Of a stretch of 62,954 bases of DNA, positions 1 through 11,788 are shown in pieces (the first letter of the stretch is position 1; each line of letters opens with the position of its first letter). The position numbers and the translations under genes are program-made. The notes below the pieces were generated by a model. That model was not told the origin of the DNA, did no database searches, and saw nothing but the letters and a program-made list of their open reading frames with translations. The stretch is from contig MCFE01000522.1 of the NCBI GenBank assembly GCA_002104905.1, forward strand, positions 1 through 62,954, read 5' to 3'. This stretch comes from Basidiobolus meristosporus CBS 931.73. Its lineage: Eukaryota; Fungi; Basidiobolomycota.

Positions 1-148
1 TGTAAATACAGCTGATGTTCACCTAGCTTGGTCACTTAGAGCATTGCCTATAGATCTGGGATAGTTCTGCCCAAACTCCATGTTGGGCTTGGAATATTTT
101 TACCAAGATGTCAGGTACCCAGAACATGAAATATTGATTAGTTGTCCA
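1..148 (+). repeat. Left part of an old, diverged Copia-A LTR (start lies at or before the window edge), broken at 148
   Basis: Aligns with the young LTR at 57942-58291 up to ...cagaacatgaaa...agttgtcca, then switches abruptly to an opposite-strand LTR. Confidence 0.75.
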
Positions 149-497
149 AGTTGTAAGAGTCTTGGAGATATTGAAAGTGATTGGGAGAATATGTAGATTA
201 TGTGGCTTTTACTTAATGACTCATTGAATGTGAAAGTTGTACTTATACTTTTACATAATCTTGGCAAACCAAACACTTGTAATATGCTTGGGAAGCTCCT
301 TGGAACATGTTTAAAAAGTTTGGGGTTGTTTGGTCAACTTATCAAAATTTCATTTTCTGGGTCCCTGATGTTTTGGTGAGATTATTCCAAGTAAATCCTG
401 ACTAGGAATTTGCTCAGAATTCTCTAAGATCTGCAGATATTGGTCTAAGTGACTAAGTCAGGTGAGTATTTAGGTGCAATTGCATATTTGTATAATA
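149..497 (-). repeat. Copia-A 3' LTR (diverged)
   Basis: 349 bp, reverse complement of the LTR-A consensus. Followed by ctcccactc (PPT gagtgggag on minus) at 498-506 and by the pol C-terminus. Confidence 0.85.
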
Positions 498-552
498 CTC
501 CCACTCAACTATATATCATATCAACTAGTCCTAGTTGTGATCTGGAATATTC

Positions 553-902
553 TGTTGTAATTATTGAATTGTCACCTAAATATTCATGCTAACTTAGTCA
601 CATAGATCTTATTCTGTGATTAGCATTCTGTCCTGACTAGATTTCTTGTCGGGATTTACTTAGAATATTTTCACCAAATTGTCAGGTACCCAGATTATTA
701 TTTTTCTCAAAGTCGTCCAAAAGACCCCAAACTTTGCACACATATTCTTGGGACCTTCCTTAACAAACTCTACACGTTTGTTTTCCTCTACTTTATCAAA
801 AGTATAAATACCATACTTTTGATCAATAAATCTACAAGTGAATAACATGTAAATCTTCTAGTTCTCCACATCACTTCCAATACTCCTCAGAATATTGCAA
901 CA
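553..902 (+). repeat. Copia-C 5' LTR (350 bp)
   Basis: TGTTG...CAACA termini, with tataaata and aataaa motifs; related to LTR-A in conserved blocks. Confidence 0.92.
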
Positions 903-3513
903 GGTTATGAGCCCCAAGCTTGCTGTCCTCTTGGTGTCTACTATGCTTTGGATCCTTTTCTGCTAGTCTGGAGAAAGACTTTCCGCACTATTGCTCTGCT
1001 AAGGTTAAAGAAGACTACCGCTGCTAAAGGACTATGTTTATGAGGATATTGCTGTGGAGAAGAAGGCCTTGCCTTCAAAAGATGCCTTCAGTAACTATCC
1101 AAGTTAGTTATGAAGAAGAGTCAATCAAACTGGCATGTAATTGTGTCAAGAAATATAGTATGTTGGTGCTCTACCACTACTGAAGAAAATTGCGTAATTC
1201 CAGCAATTGAGGGTCCAGATCTACAATGAAATATACTGCAATATGTATTCATATGACCCCAATTGACTGTTAGACGAGCTCTTGGATAGGATATTATCCT
1301 GAATTGCAAAAAAAAAAATATAGATCATTATTAATGATTGCCGGAGGAGGATTTTACCAAAAATCTGTTGCCACTCAAAATACAGCTGAGAATGCAAATA
1401 CTGGAGCTGTTAGCCACCATTCTGGACTATCTACTGATGGAAAAAGATCTCAGAAACAAGCTTCCTGAATTGTAAGGATCCCAATGATATATAATACATA
1501 TATATCCACCTGGAGTACGGATATGTACTACACAATCCATTAGAAGAATGCTATAATTGTATCAAGTGTTTTGATACTGAAACCAGTGTACCAGGAGCTA
1601 AATATGGAGCTGTTAGACGTGCTATCACTCTGTTTAAGTCTCAAAACAGTGGGAGAAAGTATTATACAAATTTAGCAAAATCAACTCATGAAGATTCTAC
1701 CGCCAGCCAAAGGAGTGAAGCATATAATTGCAAGCCTGATTGGAGTATACAACCAAGCAACAGTTGGTCAGTACACAGCTAAGAGCCACTCAGAAGATAA
1801 CACAGTACTTTATACTTGTTATATATATATCACTTATTACAGTGGGAGAAAACACTTGGTGATATTTAACTTCTCTGCATCAGATCAAAAGAATTTTGAT
1901 TGATCAAGTCACCGCCAAGTTCTGCAACTCAAAATACTGATATATTGGAGTCTGATACCGAAGTATTGATGAAGCTAGCTATCAAATGCAGTTTATTTGA
2001 TCAAATTTGGTCAACTCTATCAAAAGTTATGAATGATCTAAGTGGATGCCAAATTTGATTATTTCACTCTCAAATAGTCAGATATTATGGAACAATGATG
2101 TCATGGAGACTCTTGTGCTCAAAAACACCGTGGTCCCACCTTCAAGGCAGTCCAGAACCACCCCACAAAAGGAATTATCCCTGGGTCATCAGCAGAAAAA
2201 GAAAAGAAAAAATGGAAAATACTACTACCGCAAACTAGGGTACTTCCCAAATGGTGCCAAAACTTATGTAGGCCATATTTGGACTATCTGGCAATGCAGA
2301 TATGTTCTATGGAGCCTCTTGTACGAAGTTCTCAAGCTAGAAACCCCAGAAGAGCCTTGAAACTTCAACAGGATCTGTTAGATATTGTAGTATATATTGG
2401 AACAGATTATTTAGTGCAGAAGTCTTGATGTCTGCTGTCTATGGAGCTGAAAGAAAAAGGTGCAAGGATCAACCAGATGGTTTTTATGGATTCTGAAGAC
2501 ACTGAGAAGATCAGTTAGCCTTGGAAACCGAGCTCAAGGTTGAAAATAACTATCAGGAGAATAAGGATAATCAAAGCCCTTGTTAAGGAGAATCTCACTT
2601 CTGGAAAAGCGCCAATCTCTATTCTACAAGTATATTCAGATAAGACAAAAGCAGCTGTATCAATCCAAATCAGTAGAAGCACTCTAAGAATAGCTACCAA
2701 ACAACCCATGGTGTTGTCCAATACCAAACTGGGTAAATCAAGAAGCAAATGGACTTTGAATCTACCGCATATGAAGTAATCAGTCCAAAGAAAGTTATTG
2801 CTATTTAAAGAAGACAAAGATGACCATTCTAGATCATATTTGTGGATCTGAATCACTAAACAGACGTGGTTCAAGTGGGAGCAGGCCATCCCAGCTCAGA
2901 GTTGAGTAAAAACCTTCTTTTTTTGGCCATGTTATATGTGCCACAGTGCCAGGAAACAAGGATAATCCGGATCAGGCGTAAATGACAAAACCTTAACTTG
3001 ACCCAAAGTAGGTCACTATTTTTTACCTCATATAGCATCTATATGATGGAAGTAACTGTCCCTGAGCCTAATATGGACACACAGTGAAGTTGTCTAAATG
3101 GATTAGACTGTTGGCCGGAAATAAGGAAACTCCAGATCTGCCGTAAATGACAAAACCTTAACTTGACCAAAAGTGGGTCAATTTTGCTCAAATAAGAAGC
3201 ATTGGATAGCCCAGAGGCTATATACTATTATTACAATCTGTCAATTAGACTCAGCTTATTATTCAAGCCTGTACAACTGATCAAAGTTGATGATAAGTAT
3301 TATGATCAGATCATTCAGATTTTTAGGCATATTACTAAGTAGATATGCATACTGAATTCCAAGTTACTTATTCTATTAAGTTGAACACAAATTCATACAC
3401 CTTTGGATAATATATTAGTCCAGTATGCAAAACAGTTAAATCTTATACGCTTATTACAGATTGCACACTCACAATATGTATTTATTACTCATGAATATTT
3501 TGTTGAGTGGGAG

Positions 3514-3863
3514 TGTTGTAATTATTGAATTGTCACCTAAATATTCATGCTAACTTAGTCACATAGATCTTATTCTGTGATTAGCATTCTGTCCTGACTA
3601 GATTTCTTGTCGGGATTTACTTAGAATATTTTCACCAAATTGTCAGGTACCCAGATTATTATTTTTCTCAAAGTCGTCCAAAAGACCCCAAACTTTGCAC
3701 ACATATTCTTGGGACCTTCCTTAACAAACTCTACACGTTTGTTTTCCTCTACTTTATCAAAAGTATAAATACCATACTTTTGATCAATAAATCTACAAGT
3801 GAATAACATGTAAATCTTCTAGTTCTCCACATCACTTCCAATACTCCTCAGAATATTGCAACA
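3514..3863 (+). repeat. Copia-C 3' LTR (350 bp)
   Basis: Same sequence as 553-902 at offset 2961; preceded by the PPT. Confidence 0.92.
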
Positions 3864-3868
3864 TATTC

Positions 3869-4120
3869 AAATATGTCTCTGGCTAATGGTTTAGTAAATT
3901 TGTCAGCAGTCATTTCATCTGTAGGACTGTAAACTAAATTAACCAAGTTATTCAGTATATCCTCAAATATGAAACAATGTCTAATATCTATATGCTTAGT
4001 TACAACATGAATAGTTGGACTCCTATCAAATTAAATACCTCCCTGATGATCTCAAAACTGTGTAGTAGGGGCTTTTTACATGAGCCTAGTCACTAAGAAG
4101 CTTTCTTTGCCACATTACCT
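3869..4120 (-). pseudogene. Decayed Copia-A RNase H C-terminus
   Basis: Reverse-strand similarity to about 61970-62240; continues 507-552 across the Copia-C insertion. Confidence 0.7.
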
Positions 4121-4364
4121 CTAGGAATCTGTGGGCATTGCATCCATTATTGAGGATGTGCTAGTTACTATCTTGAGTAGCCTAACAGGCTAGTCTTAGG
4201 ACCTTATATCTGCCATAGAGTCCAGAACTAAAAACTTGACCTTCACTTACATATATGGAAGGCTCCTGAACAAAGAATCAAGAAAATCAAATGCCAATAA
4301 GAAGGAAGAATGAATGCTTTAAAAAGCAACAGTGAACAACAAAGGAGATATTCAAGACCCTTTA
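4121..4364 (+). pseudogene. Decayed Copia-A gag fragment
   Basis: gaatctgtgggc...gaggatgtg...gagtccagaact...ggaaggctcctg...aagaaggaagaa matches about 58737-58975. Confidence 0.7.
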
Positions 4365-6698
4365 TTTTGTAAGAGTCTCAGAGATATTGGAAGTGATTGG
4401 GAGAACAAGTAGATTATGTGGTTTTCACTTAATCATTTACTGAATGTAAAAGTAGTATTTATACTTCTACATGCTCTTGGCATAACAGGCACATAGAATA
4501 AGCTAAGGAAGGTCCCAAGAGCATGTGTGCAAAGTTTGGGGCTGTTTGGACAACTTTGAGAATTTTCATGTTCTGGGTACCTGGAATTTTGATGAAAATA
4601 TTCTAAGTAAATTCCAATAAGGATTTTGGTCAGCATTCTCTAGGATTTGAAGGTAATGATCTAAGTGACTAAGTTAGGTGAATATTTAGGTGGAAGTACA
4701 AATTTTTACAACACTCCCACTCAGCTAAATGCTCATACTGACTAGTCCTAATTTTGACCTAAGATATTCAAACTTGTCTCTAGCTAATGGTTTGGTAAAT
4801 ATGTCTGCAATCATTTTCATATGGGGAACAGTAGACTAAGTTAACTAAGATATTCTCTATAGCTTCTTGCATGAAATGATGTCTAATATCTATGTGCTTA
4901 GTTCTAGCATGACAAGTTGGATTTCTACCTAATTGTATACATCCTTAATTACCTTGAAATAAATTAATAGCCATGTTTTGATATAGGCCTAAATCTGTAA
5001 AAAGCTTTCTTAACCACATTGCTTCTTTTGTAGCTTCACAGGCTGCCATATATTCTGCCTCTGTGGTGGAAAGTGCTACGGTTGGTTGCTTTCTTGAATT
5101 GCATAAAATTGCTCCTTTACAGTAAAAAAAGGTGTATCCTGTGGTGGATCTTCTGTCTTCCATATCTTGTCCATAATTAGCATCAGAGTATCCCACAAGA
5201 TCTTGTTCTGAATCCTTACAAGTGTATCTCAAGCAGATATTAGCGGTTCCTTTTAGGTATCTAAAGAATGTCTAACTGCTGCAATACAATCAGATCCAGA
5301 GTTTGGATTGTGCTGGCTGAGAACTCCCACTGAGTATGAAATATCTGGACATGTTCCAAGCATGATATACATCAGATTGCCAATCATAGGTTGATAAGGA
5401 AAGTCAGGGCTTTTGGATGACACTAAGCGCTCTTGATTTAGTTGAGTTTTGACCAAGTTAAGGTTTGTCTCTATTGGGGTAGCTGCTGGTTTAGAGTCTT
5501 CCATTTTGTACTTCTTTAGTATATCTTGAATATACTTGGATTGGCTTAGGGTGATAGTCTGGGTACTTCTGTCTATGGAGAACTTTATCCCTAAGTAGTA
5601 ATTGAGTTCTCCTAGATTGGACATCTTGAACTCCTTAGATAGGCTGGATTTAGTCTCTTCCAATGTTGCTAGATTATTGGTGGCTACAATAAAATCATCC
5701 ACATATAGAGCTAACAGAACTGCATTTGCTCTATCTGGCTTATAGTATATACTATAGTCAGCATTACTCCCTTTGAAACTCAAAGATTCCAAATAAAAAA
5801 TCTATTTTGCAATTCCAGGCTGTCAGTGATTTTTTCAGACCATATAGAGATTTATTAAGCTTGCAGACCAAATGGGGGTAATCTTGATCAACAAACCCAT
5901 CAGTCTGGTCCACATACATGTCCTCATCAAGTTCTCCATTCAAAAATGCAGCTTATACATCTGTTTGATGAATAAAAAACTGATATTTGGCTGCAATAGC
6001 CAATATTAATCTAATGGAATTAAACTTGGCTACTGGTGCCTGTTGTAAAAATTTGTATTTCCACCTAAATATTCACCTAACTTAGTCACTTAGATCATTA
6101 CCTTCAAATCCTAGAGAATACTGACCAAATTCCTTGTTGGGATTTACTTAGAATATTTTCACTAAAATACCAGGTACCCAGAACATGAAAATTCTCAAAG
6201 TTGTCCAAACAGCCCCAAACTTTGCACACATGTTCTTGGGACCTTTCTTAACCTATTCTACGTGTTTGTAATGCCAAGACCAGGTAAAAGTATAAATACT
6301 ACTTTTACATTCAATAAATCATTAAGTGAAAACCACCTAATCTACTTGTTCTCCAAATCACTTCCAATATCTCCAAGACTCTTACAACAGTGCCAAGGTC
6401 TCAGTATAGTCAAGTCCTTTTGTTTGAGAGTATCCTTTGGCCACAAGTCTTGCTTTGTATCTTTCAATTGTACCATTAGCCTTATACTTTGTCTTAAAGA
6501 CCCCTCTGCATCCAATTGATTTCTGGTTGATTGGTAATTTGACAAAGTCCCAATTTTGATTTTCCATCAGAGTCTGATATTCCTCAGTCATTGCAGATCT
6601 CCAAAACATGGTCTGAGGGCTATTGAGGGCCTCTTTTACAGTCTGGGGTTCATCAATATAGACTGAATAGGCAAAGGCTAAGTTTGTACCCTCATTGA
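4365..6698 (-). mobile_element. 3' part of Copia-A (3' LTR 4365-4713, PPT, RNaseH-RT), truncated by the next insertion
   Basis: LTR of 349 bp plus ctcccactc. ORF fragments 4945-5232, 5253-5792, 6382-6609 carry YSDA, STTGY, LYVDD and KARLVAKGY motifs. Confidence 0.88.
6041..6389 (+). repeat. Copia-A solo LTR inserted in Copia-A RT
   Basis: 349 bp with TSD gtgcc at 6036-6040 and 6390-6394; the RT sequence resumes across it. Confidence 0.92.
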
Positions 6699-9600
6699 TG
6701 TTGTAAAAATCTTGGAGATATTGGAAGTGATTGGGAGAACAAGTAGATTAGGTGGTTTTCACTTAATGATTTATTGAATGTAAAAGTAGTATTTATACTT
6801 TTACCTGGTCTTGCCATTACTAGCATGTAGAATAGGTTAAGGAAGGTCCCATGAGCATGTGTGCAAAGTTTGGGGCTGTTTGGACAACTTTGAGAATTTT
6901 CATGTTCTGGGTACCTGGTATTTTAGTGAAAATATTCTAAGTAAGTCCCAACAAGGAATTTGGTAAGTATTCTCTAGGATTTGAGGGTAATGATCTAAGT
7001 GACTAAGTTAGGTGAGCATTTAGGTGGAATTGCAAATTTTTACAACACTCCCACTCAGCTAAATGTTCATAGTGACTAGTCCTAATTTTGACCTATGATA
7101 TTCAAACTTGTCTCTAGCTAATGGTTTGGTAAATATGTCTGCAATCATTTCATCTATTGGACAGTAAACTAAGCTAACTAAGTTATTCTCAATAGCTTCA
7201 TGTATGAAGTGATGTCTAATATCTATGTGCTTGGTTCATGGATGAAAAGTAGGATTTCTACCTAATTGTATACATCCTTGATTATCTTGAAATAAAGTAA
7301 TAGGCATTTTGTGACATAGGCCTAAATCTGTAAAAAGCTTTCTTAACCACATTGCTTCTTATGTAGCTTCCCAGGCTGCTATATACTCTGCCTCTGTGGT
7401 AGAAAGTGCTACAGTTGGTTGCTTTCTTGAATTCCATGAAATTGCTCCTTTACAGTAAGGAAAGGTATGTCTTGTGGTGGATCTTCTGTCTTCTAAATTT
7501 TGTCCCCAATCAGCATCAGAGTATCCCACAAGATCCTGTTCTGAATCCTTATAAGTGTATCTTAAGCAGATATCAGCAGTTCCTTTTAGATATCTAAAAA
7601 TCCACTTAACTGCTGCAATATGTTTAGATCCATAGTTCCAGTTATGTTGGCTGACAACTCCTACTGAATATGACATATCTGGACGTGTTCCAAGCATGAA
7701 ATACATCAAACTGCTGATTATAGACTAATAAGGAAAGTCAGGGCTTTCAGATGGCACCAAGCTCTTTTGATTTGGTTGAGTTTTGCCCAAGTTAAGGCTT
7801 GTCTCTTGTGGGGTAGCTGCTGGTTTACAGTCTTTCATTTTGTACTTCTTTAGTATATCTTGAAGATACTTGGATTGGCTTAGGGTAATAATCTGGGTAC
7901 TTCTGTCTATGGAGAACTTAATCCCTAAGTAGTAACTAAGTTCTCCTAGATTGGACATCTTGAACTCCTTAGATAGGCTGGATTTAGTCTCTTCCAATGT
8001 TTCTGGGTTATTGGCCACTACAATAAGATCATCCACATATAGAGCTAATAGAACTGCATTTACTCTATCTGGCTTATAGTACATACAATAGTCAGCATTA
8101 CTCCTTTTGAAACTCAAAGATTCCAAATAAAAAATCTATCTTGCAATTCCAGTCACTTGGTGATTGTTTGAGACCATATAGGGACTTTTCAAGCTTGCAG
8201 ACCAAATGGGGGTTATCTTGGTCAGCAAACCCATCAGGCTGGTCCATATGCATGTCCTCCTCAAGTTCTCCATTCAAAGATGCAGTTTTTACATCCATTT
8301 GATGAATAAATACTTATGTTTGGCAGCAATAGCCAATATTAATCTGATTGAATTAAACTTGGCTACTGGTGCAAAGGTCTTGGTATAGTCAAGTCCTTTT
8401 GTTTGAGAGTATCCTTTGGCTACAAGTCTTGCTTTGTATCTTTCAATTGTACCGTCAGCCTTGTATTTTATCTTGAAGACCCATCTGCATCCAATTGATT
8501 TTTGGTTGATTGGTAATTTGAATAAGTCCCAAGTTTGATTTTCCATCAGGGCCTGATATTCATCAGTCATTGCAGATCTCCAAAGCTTTGTCTGAGGGCT
8601 ATTTAGGGCTTCTCTTACAGACTAGGGCTCATCAATATGGACTGAATAGGCATAGGCTAAGTTTGTACCCTCGTTGATAAAGTAATTTGGGCTATTGCTT
8701 GTCTGATTGGATCTCCAGGCATTTGATACTGGAATGATCACTTCTGGGATATTCCTGAGCACTGATTCTGGCTGAACCATGGTTGTAGAGTCCTCTGGAG
8801 TGAAGATATTTTCATTGTTTTTCTCTGATTCAATCCTGACAATTGATGGACTTGGGATGAGATTTTTGTCATCATCTGATGTCATTTTTTGTGAGCATTT
8901 TGAATTTTTATCAAACAACACATCCCTGGACTTGATTAGCTTCTTTGCTTTGGTATTGTAGAGTCTGTATGCTTTACTCTCATTGCAGTAACCCAAAAAT
9001 ATGCATTTTACACTTTTTGGCTCAAATTTTGACTGATTTCCGGCCAGTTTTTTAGCATATGCTGTGCACCCAAATATTCTTAGATGTTCTGCACTTGGTC
9101 TGTATCAATACCATGCTTTAAATGGAGTCGAATCACAAAGTATTCTGTTATAACTCCTATTTTTAAGGTATACAGCAGTGGCAACTGATTCCGCCTAAAA
9201 ATCATAGGATATTTTTTGATCATGGATCATAGATCTTGCCATATCAATTATTCATCTGTTAGCACGTTCTGCTACTCCATTTTGCTGTGGGGAGTATGGT
9301 TCAGTAGTCTCTTGCTTTATCCCATGAATCTTGCAGATGTGGATGAAGAGTTTTGAGGCATATTCTCCACCATTGGCAGAGCCTATTTTCTTGATTTTTT
9401 CACCAGTTTCTCTCTCCACCATGGCTTTAAACTCCCTGAACTTAGACAGAGCTTCTTCCTTTCTCTCCATGAAGTATACCCATGTGCATCTTGTATAATC
9501 ATCAATAAAAGTGATTAAATACTTCATCCCGCCTAAGGATAAATTTTGCATAGGTCCACACAGATCTGAGTGAATTAGATCTAATTCTTTCTTAGTTTTG

Positions 9601-10451
9601 ATTAACCCAGAGCTCTTGAACAGTTGTCTGGCTTGTTTCCCATATATGCAGGCTTCACAGTGCTCCAAATTAGCTGGGGGATCAATTTGCACTCCGGAAA
9701 ATAGCTATCTTTGATCATTTTGCACAGGTAATCAAAATTTGATGTGCCCAAGTCACCTGTGCCAAAGAATTGGTGTTTCTTCATTTAAGTTACTTATATT
9801 GGCTTCTAGATATGATAGAATATAAGTCAACTTGTATAGATTCTGATATCTGATACCCAAAGCAATATGGGGACCAATTTGATCAATGATCTGGCATCCA
9901 AAATTGTCAAAGCTAAAACTGAGTCCTTCTGCTGTGGCCTTGCTTACAGACTGTAGGTTCTTGGCTATTTCTGGTACATAGAGTACTTCTTTAAAGGTCA
10001 ATGAATGGCTTCCTTCACTGCTTCTAAGGTTTACTTGGATATTCCTTCTCCCACTGCATCAATTCTTCTATTGTTACTCATGAAAGCCTTCTTAGTTGGA
10101 ATTTCTTGGTATTGGGTAAAAAGTGCTTTTTGGTGTGCAAAGTGTTGAGATGCTCCAGAGTCAATGTACTGCATCTGATAATCCTTGTTTGTGGTCATAC
10201 TTAGTGGCAGATATGAATAGGCTATCTTCAGTTGTTGCAGCATTTTCATAGTCAGGCTTCTTTTGCTGATTATCAAGGCTTTGAGACACTGGTCCAATAT
10301 GTATCCTTTCCTTGTACAGTAGCTGTAAAACAGGTTGCTGTTGCCTTTGTAAGGTCTTGGGTACCTCCTTTGTAGGTCATCATTGCTTATTAAAGCATTT
10401 TCTTCCTTCTTGTTGGTGCTTGATTCACTTAATTCTTCATCCAGGAGCCTT

Positions 10452-10755
10452 GCCCTAAGGAAAACAAACTGAGAAAAGGCCAGCAAAACACCATCATAGT
10501 ATCAGCTGAATTCCATCTCAATATCTCTGTTCTGAGCTGATGTGCAGGCAAGCAAACAAGTTCTCCAGGAGGAGACTAGGCAAACTAGCATCTGTACCAA
10601 ATTTGGTAATTAGCTGCCCATTACTTCCATCAAGAATTGCATTTGAAATTTTGAACCCAAAACACCAGCCAAGTACTAGCAAAATACCATTGGAACACCA
10701 GCAGAATACCAGCTAAGAATCAGATGAATTCCAAGTTTGAGATTTTTCATAGGGC
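10452..10755. mobile_element. 304-bp MITE-like insertion in Copia-A gag
   Basis: Absent from other Copia-A copies (they read gagccttccat). Imperfect TIRs gccctaaggaaaa / ttttcatagggc. Confidence 0.7.
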
Positions 10756-11788
10756 TCCATATATGTAATTTAAGGTCAAATCTTTAGTCCTGGACTCTAG
10801 GGCTGACACAAGGCCCTGAAGCTTCTCTGTCAGGCTATTCAGGATGGCTACTATCATATCCTCATCCGTAGCTGGTACACCTATAGATTCAATCTCATCT
10901 ACCAGCAGGGTAATTCTGTTGATTACATCTTTCCTTTCTTCTCCCAGCAGCATCTTTGTAGTAAGGAATTTTTATCTAAGATACATTTTCTTTGCAACTG
11001 AACATGACTGGTAGGTGTCTTCTAATGCCTTCCAGACATTCCTTGCTGTTTTTGCTCTTGAGCATTGAATTAGCAATTTGTCTTTAACATTAAGGCAAAT
11101 GCAGTTAATGGCATTTTGTACTTTCTTCTGGTACTCTAAGACTTCCTCTCCCATATTTTTAGGAGGGCATTATTCTCCCATGACAATATCCCAAAGGCCT
11201 CTTTCTTGTAGCAGCATCATCATCTTCTCCTTCCTCACTTAGTAGTTAGATCCATTCAGCAGAGGGAAAAGTTCCAGTGATTGCAGTGGCAGACATTGCA
11301 GAGAGTGACAGCTTGGGGCTTGTAGCATGTTGTAAGAGTCCGGGAGTTACTGGAAGTGATTGGAAGAACAAGTTGTTAGTACTAAATGCAGTACCCACTC
11401 TTTACCCAAGAGTTCTCCCCAGTGTTCTACCCAAAGTCCCCCAGTATCCTCCCTATGATTCCCCCACATGCCCTCCCTCCTATCCTTGCCCTTATCTACT
11501 TAGAACACTTACCATAACAGGAAGGTGCTCACACCCCTATTTTATAACATATTGTCTATTATCTAAGCCCCCCAAGTGATATATATCTACTCAATTGAAC
11601 CAAGTGAGAGGACATGAGGATTTGGACAAAATAAACACAAGTCTTTACTACCTTGCTACCTTCTATTGGAAGCTATTCTGAACCAAGTGGTACTGACTTG
11701 ACCTACAAGCTCTCCCACTCACCAAGTACAGTCAGTAATAACACACATATTTGGTGCCTTCTCTGCGGAAATAAGCCCAAGTAAGATA

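Larger units (their letters stand above)
553..3863 (+). mobile_element. Non-autonomous copia-type LTR retrotransposon (Copia-C) with decayed internal domain
   Basis: LTRs at 553-902 and 3514-3863 are identical by eye. TSD tattc at 548-552 and 3864-3868, PBS ggttatgagccc at 903-914, PPT gagtgggag at 3505-3513. Inserted in the RNaseH end of a minus-strand Copia-A. No gag/pol ORF. Confidence 0.9.

Noticed and set aside
660-848. Identical 62-aa ORFs at 660-848 and 3621-3809
   Set aside because: They are antisense frames within the two identical LTRs and are not conserved in LTR-A.
1121-2889. Short ORFs in the Copia-C core as a captured gene or DIRS/LINE protein
   Set aside because: No recognisable motifs; parts align with decayed Copia-A gag and the INT-RT linker.
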